From Candidatus Poribacteria bacterium (GTDB lineage: Bacteria; Poribacteria; WGA-4E; WGA-3G): DNA of 64,000 nt. Below, piece by piece: positions 41,185 to 50,527 of this stretch (positions within the stretch are counted from its first letter, which is position 1; every line of letters begins with the position of its first letter). Under the pieces are notes generated by a model. It saw nothing but the letters and a program-made list of their open reading frames with translations, had not been told where the DNA came from and searched no databases. The stretch spans positions 128,001 to 192,000 of the forward strand of contig CBDANF010000003.1 in the NCBI GenBank assembly GCA_965197475.1, given 5' to 3'. A program made the translations under genes and the position numbers.

Positions 41185-42341
41185 TTGCGAACTGCCTTTC
41201 TGAGCAGGCAGTCTTCAAGCCCAGATAAATTTTTAACCTTGACGTTTAGATGCTCTGAAAGTTGTTCAATCGTGCATTGCCCCTGGTAAAACTTGCTAAA
41301 GGCAAGTTCCATATATCTCGGACCTAAATATGCTGTTTGCGTATTGTAATAGCCTCCTCCACCTGGAGATTCATCTCCAGTTCTTTGTTCTCTATGTGAT
41401 TCATATAATGCTGTCCATCCCTTTATTTTCTGCAGATAAATTTCATTCGTAAGAATCCCCTTATTGACTAACTTTAACAAAATGACTGGACGACTAACTT
41501 TATAAATACTTGCCAATTTTTCTACAGTATCATCATCGTAATCAGGAAACTTAAGGTGAGATTCTAAGTCATCAGATGGCACAAGAAATTCAGCAGCAAA
41601 TTGGTTACAGAATGTCTCAATTTTTTCACCTGTAGGGTTAATGTCACGGGTAATCCCGTTTTTTCCAAGTAACAGGTGTGCTAATTCATGGAACAAAGTA
41701 AAAATTTGTCGGACTGCTGGTCGACTATTATTGAGATAGATTACTGGAAACACATCATGTACAAGGCAAAATCCATCAACAGAATTATCTTTAAATGCAT
41801 CTTTAAAAATGAAAATACCTTTTTCCTGAATACATTCACGCCAATTTTCCAATGCTTCTGTGGGATTTTTCCAATTTGTTTGTTGGTCGACACTGATGTT
41901 CAGATACACTCGAGTCTGTTTTGCTAATTCCAAAGGTGAATCATTAAGCTGGGCGTGAAAGTCTCTAAAAATTTGATTTTCAGATGGATTTTTACCCAGG
42001 CTGAGTTCCATCAAGGAAAGTTGTCGTGTATAAGCTTGTCGCAATAGAATATGGATTCTCGGTTCTAATTGATCAACGTCAGAACTTCGCAGTGCAAGAT
42101 TCTCAGCAATATTTTCTTCTTCCGGAGGTTCAGGAAAAAAGAAAATAGCTACAGGACGCTTGTACTTATCAGCTAAAGTTTCAAGTTGAGCATAAGTCAG
42201 TGCCAGATTGCCAGACTCACATTCATTGATGAATGAAATATCTTTACTTAAAGTTTTGGCAGCCGCTTCCAAGGAATAACCGGAACGTTCGCGTGCCCAT
42301 TTGAGGATTTCAGGATTAATCCCATCAACATACTCAGCCAT
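41181..42341 (-). CDS. XRE HTH + ImmA/IrrE (DUF955) Zn metallopeptidase
   Basis: INPEILKWARERSG HTH; FTLFHELAHL; CNQFAAEFLVP; ATGA overlap with the DUF4411 gene. Confidence 0.92.
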   Translation of the reverse strand: MAEYVDGINPEILKWARERSGYSLEAAAKTLSKDISFINECESGNLALTYAQLETLADKYKRPVAIFFFPEPPEEENIAENLALRSSDVDQLEPRIHILLRQAYTRQLSLMELSLGKNPSENQIFRDFHAQLNDSPLELAKQTRVYLNISVDQQTNWKNPTEALENWRECIQEKGIFIFKDAFKDNSVDGFCLVHDVFPVIYLNNSRPAVRQIFTLFHELAHLLLGKNGITRDINPTGEKIETFCNQFAAEFLVPSDDLESHLKFPDYDDDTVEKLASIYKVSRPVILLKLVNKGILTNEIYLQKIKGWTALYESHREQRTGDESPGGGGYYNTQTAYLGPRYMELAFSKFYQGQCTIEQLSEHLNVKVKNLSGLEDCLLRKAVRK

Positions 42342-42604
42342 GATAGTAGCCTCAATATGTAAGCAATTTTTTAAATGCGATCAAGAGAAATAGACTATAC
42401 TTACATAAATTGAAATAAACTTCAGTTAAATATATTATAACCTAATATATAGTTTTAATCAATTGTTTGGTACAGGGTTTTTATTGCCCACCTCCGGTTG
42501 CAAACCGAGTTTCATTGATTTTCCTTATCCTGCGATACCTGCGGATGGATTGTCCTTTCGTTTCGCGGTGCCGTGTCTGTAATCTTGGACCTCTTTTTTT
42601 GTGA

Positions 42605-42629
42605 ACGGCACACGGCGTGTGCCTACTAC
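42605..42629 (-). repeat. GTAG-type REP (family D)
   Basis: Reverse complement GTAGTAGGCACACGCCGTGTGCCGT. Confidence 0.8.
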
Positions 42630-42638
42630 TTTTAATTA

Positions 42639-43442
42639 CTATTCCCTATCTGCTGTTAACGATTTAAGTTTAGCCAATGCCTCCTGTTCCTCCGTTTGCC
42701 AGGGACGTTCTGCCGGGTTATCCAATTTCTGATGCGGACCGCTGAAGACGAGGATATATGCCCTACGCGCTTGTGCAGTGCTGTTAGGAGCAGAATAGTG
42801 TAAAGTCCGACAGTGATGGAACGTAGCACCGCCTGCTGGTATCGGACAAGCAACCGCTTCCGAGACATCCACATCATCGGTCACCAAACCGTGTACAAGC
42901 GGCTCGTCGTTGATATGACGATGCCAACGCACGTCACCTTTATGAGATTTCGGAATAAATTGCATACATCCGCTCTCAATTGTCGCTTTGTCAAGCGGAA
43001 GCCATACACTCAAACTATGCGGCAAGACTGTCGGATTCCAGTATGCCTCGTCCTGATGCCACGGCGTTTCGTTGCCGTAGTGCGCAGGCTTCAAAATCAT
43101 GTGGCCACCACCACCAACCTTTTCCATTTCTACACCGAGCAGTTTCGCAGCGAGTCTTTGTGCATTTTGGAAATAGATAGATTCGCGGAGTTCTGGAAAT
43201 TGCCCTTCTGGACCTAGTACTTGCGGTAACGTTTCTTTTCCGCTGTGCGCACGGGGACCAGCAAGATCAAAGTAGCGTCCCTGCTCTTCTCCTGTCCGTT
43301 CAGTGAAGAGTTCATCGTAAATGCCTTTGAGCCATTCGATCTCTTCATCGGTTGTGATGCGTGGAATACTCAGATATCCGTTCTCTTGAAAAAAGGCAAC
43401 CTGATCGTCGGTTACGTCAACGTGAAAGTTATTGGTTTTCAT
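42639..43442 (-). CDS. PhyH family dioxygenase
   Basis: TPWHQDEAYW, WLPLDKATIESGCM and FHHCRTLH. Confidence 0.93.
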   Translation of the reverse strand: MKTNNFHVDVTDDQVAFFQENGYLSIPRITTDEEIEWLKGIYDELFTERTGEEQGRYFDLAGPRAHSGKETLPQVLGPEGQFPELRESIYFQNAQRLAAKLLGVEMEKVGGGGHMILKPAHYGNETPWHQDEAYWNPTVLPHSLSVWLPLDKATIESGCMQFIPKSHKGDVRWHRHINDEPLVHGLVTDDVDVSEAVACPIPAGGATFHHCRTLHYSAPNSTAQARRAYILVFSGPHQKLDNPAERPWQTEEQEALAKLKSLTADRE

Positions 43443-43446
43443 AAAA

Positions 43447-45270
43447 TCATCGAATTAAAATATCAAAAGGTAAGGCTGTGACGACTCGCTCGTTTTCAAA
43501 TAGGGTTAACCATGTTATTATCCGATGCCATTGCGTACTAAACATAGGAATTGCTGGATGCCGCTGTGCTAACTGCAAAGGTAACGGCACTGAAATTCCC
43601 GCATCCTCTTCAAGCATGCGCTCTAAGAATTGCTCAAAAAAGGGTTTCTGTTCTGGTAGCACGATGATGTCAAATCTATCTTCATCTGTAAATCCCGCTT
43701 TTTCCTTAGCGATAGACAACGCAGTATCAAGTCCTCCGATTTCATCAACGAGACCGAGTTCTTTTGCCTGTTTTCCGGTCCAGACTCGCCCCTGTGCGAC
43801 TGCATCAATTTCATCGTAAGTCTTATTCCTACCCGATGCTGCCTTATTGACAAAATTTTCATAGACCGTCTTCATCATCTTTTCAACACGTTCGCGTTCT
43901 GTCGGCGAAAAACCTCCATAGTCTGAATAGAGCGTGGCGTTTTGGCCATGCGCGATAATCTCTTTTGTCAAACCGATTTTGTTATAGAGTCCCTTCAGAT
44001 TGAGTTTTCCACCGTAGACCCCTATTGAACCAGTAAGCGTTGCGGGTTGTGCAACGATTGTTCCGGCTGCCATTGATATATAATAACCACCAGAGGCAGC
44101 CATATTTGCCATAGATACGATGACAGGTTTTTCACGTTGTGTCAGCATCACCTCTCGCCAAATCATGTCAGACGCGATCGCAGAGCCACCCGGACTATCC
44201 ACGCGTAACACGACCGCCTGAATAGCATCGTCAGAACGCGCTTTTTGAAACGCTTTCTTTAACGTTTTCGGTGTAATCATAGACATTGTGGCAAAAGGCG
44301 AGTCAAAATCGGGTAAAATGGGACCGCTTGCATAGATGAGCGCGATCTGATTATCTGCGGGACGAGCCTTTGCACGCTGTGGTGGATTAAACATACTGAA
44401 CAACTGCATCATTCCCGCAAAACTATTCATATCCGGTATTTTTCGTTTCTTTTCACCGTCTTGTGTGACAACCTGTACCTCTCCCTCTGGTGCCGCTTTG
44501 ATCGCATCCAAGAGTTCATCGTAGTATTGTAATACATCAACGAGCTTTGATTCATGTGCCTCCTTCGCAGTAAAGGGACCACGATCTATTAACTCGGCTG
44601 CAATCTCAGAGGTAATCTCCTCTCTACCCTCGGCAATTTTCTCCAACATTTGGGCATACAAGTCATCAAGCAAACCTGTCATTGACTCACGGAAGGCATC
44701 TGACATGCTGTCGCGCGTGTAAGGTTCAATACCTGATTTGAATTTTCCCATTGCGAGCATATCAGCCTCAATATCCAGTTTTTCCAAAAATCCTTTGTAG
44801 AAAAGAATTTCTGCGCGTAAACCGGTTAGATTGAGACTTCCGGTGGGCATCAGAACGATTTGATCCATCGCAGCAGCGAGGAGGTATTGGGCATTCCCCC
44901 CACTTTCAAGATAGCCGATCATCTCTTTTTCTGCATCGCGAAGTTCACCTAATTTATTTCGGACTTCTTGAAGGCTTGCCCACCCTATACCGACATTCCC
45001 GATTTTGAAGATAATAGCATCCACTTCATCATCATTTTTGAGCGCGTCCAGTTTCTTGAAAAGTCCACGCAATGTTTTCGTTGAAGCGGTGCCAAAAAAA
45101 CTTATCTCTTTAGTATCGGAAAAGGTGCCACTTAATGTGAATTCAACGTATTTTTTGATAGGTGGTGCTGCTTCTTCTTCGGATTGTTCCTGAGCGGACA
45201 GTGGTAGGACGAACAGGAGGACCATAAGCAGAAATGTTGCTGTCTGCCAGAAGTTTTGTAATGGTTTCAT
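43447..45270 (-). CDS. sppA: Signal peptide peptidase SppA (67K type)
   Basis: GKFKS, LRVDSPGGS, AASGGYYIS, TLTGSIGV and QGRVWTG. Confidence 0.95.
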   Translation of the reverse strand: MKPLQNFWQTATFLLMVLLFVLPLSAQEQSEEEAAPPIKKYVEFTLSGTFSDTKEISFFGTASTKTLRGLFKKLDALKNDDEVDAIIFKIGNVGIGWASLQEVRNKLGELRDAEKEMIGYLESGGNAQYLLAAAMDQIVLMPTGSLNLTGLRAEILFYKGFLEKLDIEADMLAMGKFKSGIEPYTRDSMSDAFRESMTGLLDDLYAQMLEKIAEGREEITSEIAAELIDRGPFTAKEAHESKLVDVLQYYDELLDAIKAAPEGEVQVVTQDGEKKRKIPDMNSFAGMMQLFSMFNPPQRAKARPADNQIALIYASGPILPDFDSPFATMSMITPKTLKKAFQKARSDDAIQAVVLRVDSPGGSAIASDMIWREVMLTQREKPVIVSMANMAASGGYYISMAAGTIVAQPATLTGSIGVYGGKLNLKGLYNKIGLTKEIIAHGQNATLYSDYGGFSPTERERVEKMMKTVYENFVNKAASGRNKTYDEIDAVAQGRVWTGKQAKELGLVDEIGGLDTALSIAKEKAGFTDEDRFDIIVLPEQKPFFEQFLERMLEEDAGISVPLPLQLAQRHPAIPMFSTQWHRIITWLTLFENERVVTALPFDILIR

Positions 45271-45283
45271 TTTGTCTCCTTAC

Positions 45284-45310
45284 GGACGGGCATGATGGCA
45301 CCGCCACTAC
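45284..45310 (-). repeat. GTAG-type REP-like element (family G)
   Basis: Reverse complement GTAGTGGCGGTGCCATCATGCCCGTCC. Confidence 0.5.
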
Positions 45311-45429
45311 GGTTTTTGTTTTATTTTATAACAAAACGGGGATTGTGTCAACTAAAAATGGAAGGGATTCAGGGTCTTGAGTTTTCCTATAGCGGACAGA
45401 TAATTTTTCTGAACAAGTGAAAATCGCAA

Positions 45430-46737
45430 TTAAACAGTTGACTTTCTCAAAATGAGCAAAAATTCTGACTTCATCCCATCAGGGTTCTTATTCTTCCGCA
45501 CACCGAACAGTTGCCGCGTTTTAATCCTATCTTCATAAACTTTTTCAAACCTGAAACCGCGTTCCGTCCAGTATTCTGTCAATATTCGCCACAGTTCAAC
45601 CGTTATACCATCAATACGTGGATTACCAACGAAAATACAGGCGGCTGCGTTCGGTTTCAATCGATTCATCGAATTTTCAAGTGCGTTTAGCGTATGGCAA
45701 AAATAGGAGTCAAGCCGCTTATGCAAGTCTGTACGAGTGAGTTTTTCCCTGACTTTATCCAATGTTTCGGTGTGAATTGTCCTATCTGCTTTCCGATACG
45801 GGATTTCAAGACGTGATAATGCCTTTATTTCCTCATCAGTGTGTCCTAACCAAAAGAGGTCCATCTTTGTAGAGCGGATATATTCCTGTGCTTGGAGATA
45901 GGGAGGCGATGTGATTAATGCGTCACATTCGCGTGGCACAGTAATGTAAGAGGAATCAACACCTCCCTGAAACTCAACCTGATTTTGATGATGTTGCGTG
46001 TGCATCACAAAGTCGTTAAGGCTTCTTAACGTTTTCAAAGAATGGTCGTACACTATCTCTATTAACTGCTCCTTCCAATTCTCGCTGAGCAATTCTTCTA
46101 TCGCCGCTAATTTACGCTTGGATCTGGCTAATTTTGGCGTTCTATGCTCGGTGTAAGAGAAACGTTTGCTTACCTTCAGCAGTGCCGATTTGATAATACC
46201 GGAATAGATGTCTTGTTCTATGCTGTAGATATAACCCCAGTATTGCGATAAAAACTCCAAAATTTCAGGTGCGTACCAGTATTGGACATTAGACCAAGCG
46301 GGGATAAAACGGTGCTTTTTACTTTCTTTCATGCTGTCAAGCAATTTACATAAATGGTCTTTACACAACCGTTCTTTTCCGCGGTAAACCTTCAGCGGCA
46401 TGATGTGATTCAAAAGTAGGTTGAGATCGAGTAGCACAGCATTGCGTTTGCATAGGGACGCTTCAACGCCCACAGTTCCTGAACCTGCGAACGGATCCAC
46501 AATCCAATCCCCTTCCTTTGTGTAGGTGTTGATTGCATATCTGACGACTTGGGGGATAAATTTCGCAGGATACGATACGATGGCGTGTGTCAAGTAGCCG
46601 GTATCGGAAATTTCTGGCACTAAATCCCGGAACGACACTAATTCCACCGTGTCGGATGTCGCATTCTCTTTCGGGAATCCAAATTCAGTATCTATGGGAA
46701 AAAGCGTGAATTGTTCTTCCAGATTAAGGTTTTTCAT
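45430..46737 (-). CDS. Orphan DNA methyltransferase, alpha class (probably N4-cytosine)
   Basis: YPAKFIPQ; DPFAGSGT precedes ITSPPY; no adjacent REase. Confidence 0.88.
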   Translation of the reverse strand: MKNLNLEEQFTLFPIDTEFGFPKENATSDTVELVSFRDLVPEISDTGYLTHAIVSYPAKFIPQVVRYAINTYTKEGDWIVDPFAGSGTVGVEASLCKRNAVLLDLNLLLNHIMPLKVYRGKERLCKDHLCKLLDSMKESKKHRFIPAWSNVQYWYAPEILEFLSQYWGYIYSIEQDIYSGIIKSALLKVSKRFSYTEHRTPKLARSKRKLAAIEELLSENWKEQLIEIVYDHSLKTLRSLNDFVMHTQHHQNQVEFQGGVDSSYITVPRECDALITSPPYLQAQEYIRSTKMDLFWLGHTDEEIKALSRLEIPYRKADRTIHTETLDKVREKLTRTDLHKRLDSYFCHTLNALENSMNRLKPNAAACIFVGNPRIDGITVELWRILTEYWTERGFRFEKVYEDRIKTRQLFGVRKNKNPDGMKSEFLLILRKSTV

Positions 46738-46791
46738 CAGCTACTTACGAGGTTATAGAGATAGTTTAACTTGCACGCTGTGTCAAAAAGG

Positions 46792-47991
46792 TTATTGCGA
46801 TTCTTCTCCCACTTCTTTCGCTCTTTCAATTTCTTCCTCAGTCAATTGGAAATCAAACACATCTTCCTCTTCTTCTGTTGCTTCCGTTTCTGTATCTGGC
46901 GGGGTAACCTGCTGCACTTCATCTGTGGGTTGCGCTGCCTCCTGAGTTTCAAGTTTTGGCGCAGTCGCACCAAGGATCGTCAATCCCACAATTGCCACAA
47001 CACAAACACTTGTCACCGTCATCGCAACCGGACGTTTCCAGAGAACTTTGCGCTCACTTCTGTCTAAGAAGGGGAGGAATAGCAGTAGCAACATGCCGAC
47101 TGTCGGAATTATAAACGTCCCAAGAATTTCAAAAGGACCTTGGAAGTATTTCAGCAGTTGAAACAGGAAAAGGAAATACCATTCGGGTCGTGGATCGTAA
47201 TTTGCGTTCGTCGGGTCAGCAACATCTTCAAGTGGAACGGGTGCGAACAACGCAGCGCAGGCGAGTATTACAAAGAGAATTAGCATGCCGACAACGTCTT
47301 CAAATACTTGGTCTGGATAGAACGGTTTTCCCGTTTTCATTTCCTCTGGTGTGTTCTTCGGTAGACCTGAGGAACCGTAGAACCTGACAAAGAAGAGGTG
47401 TACGCCAACTAAACCGAAAGCCAACCACGGCAGCCAGATTGTGTGTAATGCGTAAAACCGCGATAGCGTCACCGCGCTAACCTCAGCACCGCCACGCATA
47501 ACCTTTGCGACTACATCGCCTAACACAGGCGCAGTGCTTGAGATTTCAATCCCGACAACCGTTGCCCAATACGCTTTTTCGTCCCACGGCAGCAGATAAC
47601 CTGTAAATCCGAAACCGAGGGTAACTAAGAACAAGAGAACACCGACGACCCACGTGAGTTCACGCGGTGCCTTGTATGATCCATAAAGCACAACTCGGAG
47701 TATATGCAGAAAGACGAGAATAACCATCGCACTTGCCCCCCAGTGGTGCAAGCCTCGTACGAACTTTCCGAACGGCACCTCTTCACTGATATAAGTTACC
47801 GCATTATGGGCATGGTCTGGTGAAGGAGAATAGGATAAGGCTAAAAATGCCCCCGTAGCAGCTTGAAGCAAAAGTAAGAACATCGCCAAACTACCGAGTG
47901 AAAAAAGCAGATTGATATGTTTAGGCAGCGGTTTGCGCAGATGCGCCATCACCCCATCTAACGAGAGGCGATCGTTGAGAAATTGCTTCAT
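46792..47991 (-). CDS. qcrB: Cytochrome b of a bc/b6f-type complex with an acidic tail
   Basis: RGLHHWGAS, HILRV, FTGYLLPWD, RFYALH and PEWY. Confidence 0.92.
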   Translation of the reverse strand: MKQFLNDRLSLDGVMAHLRKPLPKHINLLFSLGSLAMFLLLLQAATGAFLALSYSPSPDHAHNAVTYISEEVPFGKFVRGLHHWGASAMVILVFLHILRVVLYGSYKAPRELTWVVGVLLFLVTLGFGFTGYLLPWDEKAYWATVVGIEISSTAPVLGDVVAKVMRGGAEVSAVTLSRFYALHTIWLPWLAFGLVGVHLFFVRFYGSSGLPKNTPEEMKTGKPFYPDQVFEDVVGMLILFVILACAALFAPVPLEDVADPTNANYDPRPEWYFLFLFQLLKYFQGPFEILGTFIIPTVGMLLLLFLPFLDRSERKVLWKRPVAMTVTSVCVVAIVGLTILGATAPKLETQEAAQPTDEVQQVTPPDTETEATEEEEDVFDFQLTEEEIERAKEVGEESQ

Positions 47992-48459
47992 TTACGCCTC
48001 CTTTACATATAAAACGCCAGCTTCTATTTTGACTTCGAGTTTCTGCAACGGTTCCGGTGGCGGACCAGCAACAACAGCTCCGTTCTTATCAAATACAGCA
48101 CCGTGGCACGGGCAGAGGAAAGATTCTTTACTCTCGTCCCATCGGACAAGGCAACCGAGATGTGAGCATGTCCGTGAAAAGACGTTCCACTCCCCGTTAC
48201 CCATATCCGTCACGTAGACAGAACGTTTTTTCGTGGCTTTCACCCAACCATCTTTCGCTGTAAACGTATAATTGACCTTTTTGAAGCGGCTGTTTTTGAG
48301 ACGGTCTACTAAACCCAAGTCAACCCATTGCGATTCGCCTTTTTTCCACGCAGGCGAGATCGCAAATCCGATCAATGGGATACCTGCTGCTAAACTCACT
48401 AATCCACCAATGCAGGCGGTGGCGATTTGTAAAAAAGAGCGTCTACCCTCTTCTGACAT
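47992..48459 (-). CDS. qcrA: Rieske iron-sulfur subunit
   Basis: Tat RRSFL, CSHLGC, CPCHG and GPPPEPL. Confidence 0.92.
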   Translation of the reverse strand: MSEEGRRSFLQIATACIGGLVSLAAGIPLIGFAISPAWKKGESQWVDLGLVDRLKNSRFKKVNYTFTAKDGWVKATKKRSVYVTDMGNGEWNVFSRTCSHLGCLVRWDESKESFLCPCHGAVFDKNGAVVAGPPPEPLQKLEVKIEAGVLYVKEA

Positions 48460-48570
48460 CCGATTTCTCCTTCGTAACAATATAAATTTTAGGTATCAAC
48501 TTAGCAATTTGTATTTTGGAGATAATTATATCACAATTCCAATATTTAAAGAAGAGATTCACAAATCAAA

Positions 48571-49024
48571 GCAGAGCCATTCAATTTTCAAAATACATAT
48601 TGTTGTATAGGTTATCATCATGTGTGGCCTGACTTTTCACGCCACACATGATGGACTTCACCTTAGAGATTAGTCTAAAATCATTTGAGGTGAAAAATGA
48701 CAAAACAAAAGTCTCGTCATCTACTTGAAATGTTAGCAGAAGTTCCTGATTCTCGTAAGTCACAAGGCAAACGTCATCCGCTCCCAGTCATTTTAGGTCT
48801 CACGGTTGTTGCAATGCTGTGTGGGTATCGCAGTTATAGTGCTGTTGAAAAGGACACGGTTGGATACAAACACGCACGCTTACTGCCAGCACCGCCCTCA
48901 CAGACTATTTGGCATGCCCGGGGCCTGCACAAGGAAATAGCATATTCACTCCGATATTTTGCCTCACTTCCAGAGGAAGCACTCAAACTCATCGGGATAG
49001 ATACCGAAAATTGAATGGCTCTGC
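48571..49024 (+). mobile_element. Internally deleted ISAs1-family element (MITE-like)
   Basis: Perfect 19-bp terminal inverted repeats GCAGAGCCATTCAATTTTC. ORF 48697-49014 joins an ISAs1 N-terminus (VPDSR..GKRHPL..IL.L...AMLCG) to a short C-terminus. Confidence 0.88.
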
Positions 49025-49114
49025 AAAAAATGTTTGATAAAGGTTTAGGTTTTAAGTATAATATTAGGGTAGGCAAGCAAACTCCATTATTTTCTATTAT
49101 TGAAGGAAACGATT

Positions 49115-49885
49115 ATGCAAAGAAAAAGCTCCAGATCTCGATACTGTATAGGTGAACTCATTGAACGTGAAGATTTTTCTGAAGATTTAGCTGCTTTCAA
49201 ATTCCGTACCGATCAACAACTCCCTTTTATCCCTGGACAATACGCTACTATCGGTTTTGAAGTTGGTGAAAAAATTGTCCAACGCCCCTATTCTATTGTC
49301 TCCTCACCGCACGAACCTTTTATGGAGGTTTTTGTGGAATTGGTGCCGGAAGGGGCAACGACACCCTTGTTTTGGGAACTGAAACTTGGGGACACTGTAT
49401 TCATCAGAGACCGACTCGTTGGGAAATTTGTGATGGACACGGAGAGCGGTATGACACACCATGTTATGGCTGGCACTGTAACAGGAGCTGCGCCGTATAT
49501 TAGCATTGCTCGTACACAGAAAATTGAGCAGGAACAGGGTAAATCGAGCCCGCACCAGATTCTTGTGATTGTCGGGGCGAGTCGTTCTTGGGAACTTGGG
49601 TATTACATGGATGAACTCAATGAGCTCGACGCACAAGAGGAGTGGTTCACCTTTGTTCCGACGGTGAGCCGCCCATGGGAAGATGCTGAATGGCAAGGTG
49701 AAAGCGGTCGTGCTGAAGATGTTATTCGGAAATATGGAGATCAGTTGGAGTATGATCACACCAACTCGGTTGTTTATGCGTGTGGACATCCGCAAATGAT
49801 TGAGAATGCGAAATCGATCTGGGCACGGGCACGCTTCCCCAAAGAAAGGATTAAAGAGGAGAAATTCTTTGTGATTAAGGAGTAG
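49115..49885 (+). CDS. fpr: Ferredoxin/flavodoxin-NADP+ reductase
   Basis: FIPGQY, RPYSIVS, GTVTGAAPY, YACGHPQMI and EKFF. Confidence 0.88.
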   Translation: MQRKSSRSRYCIGELIEREDFSEDLAAFKFRTDQQLPFIPGQYATIGFEVGEKIVQRPYSIVSSPHEPFMEVFVELVPEGATTPLFWELKLGDTVFIRDRLVGKFVMDTESGMTHHVMAGTVTGAAPYISIARTQKIEQEQGKSSPHQILVIVGASRSWELGYYMDELNELDAQEEWFTFVPTVSRPWEDAEWQGESGRAEDVIRKYGDQLEYDHTNSVVYACGHPQMIENAKSIWARARFPKERIKEEKFFVIKE

Positions 49886-50291
49886 GGTGGAAAGTTAGGT
49901 AATCTACAAATAAAGAAAGATATTATCGTAATAGCGGCATAGGAGGAAAGAGTCATCTTTCACTTGTGCCGCTGTTTTCTTAGTTAGGTGAGAAGTGTCC
50001 ATTTATCATTTGGTGTAAACGTGCGCTCAAAGATAGTAGCAAATGCCACACGATAATGTCATATACGCATTTGTTATTGATTTGGCGTATCCTATATTGA
50101 TTGGAATTACAGAAATAGCAGTGTGCCTTCAGGGCTATTTAGTTTTAAGAATATTCAGTTTGGTTGATTATAACTTTAGAAAAAGTGTATAATTGAGGCA
50201 ATTACTGCCTCCTGAAAATGCCCGCAGTTCTTTTCACCCATGAAAAAGAGGGCAAGTCCAATTTGAACGAATTAACATAAGGAGGTGGACA

Positions 50292-50515
50292 ATGAAACAT
50301 CTCAAACAGCAACGCTGTATCAGGTGATGGTCTATTCGTTTATAATTTTTTGCATCCGGAGTTTTCTTCTGGTGGGTTCTATCAAGATTCGGAATGCAAC
50401 GCAGACAGAAATGGATTGCACAGAAAAGTCAAAGCCTGACTGTATACTGAAAAAACAGGAAGCACCCTGTCCAAAATCGAAATTGCCGCCCTGCACACGC
50501 GTGGCAGGGAAATAA
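50292..50515 (+). pseudogene. Small Cys-rich peptide gene, apparently frameshifted just after the start
   Basis: SD AAGGAGGT precedes ATG 50292, which is one base out of frame with the hydrophobic, 4-Cys ORF. Confidence 0.45.
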
Positions 50516-50527
50516 AGGAGTACTGAC

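Noticed and set aside
50292-50345. Second UGA-readthrough gene (ATG...AGG TGA TGG)
   Set aside because: TAA follows within six codons and there is no SECIS-like hairpin; a frameshift explains it better.
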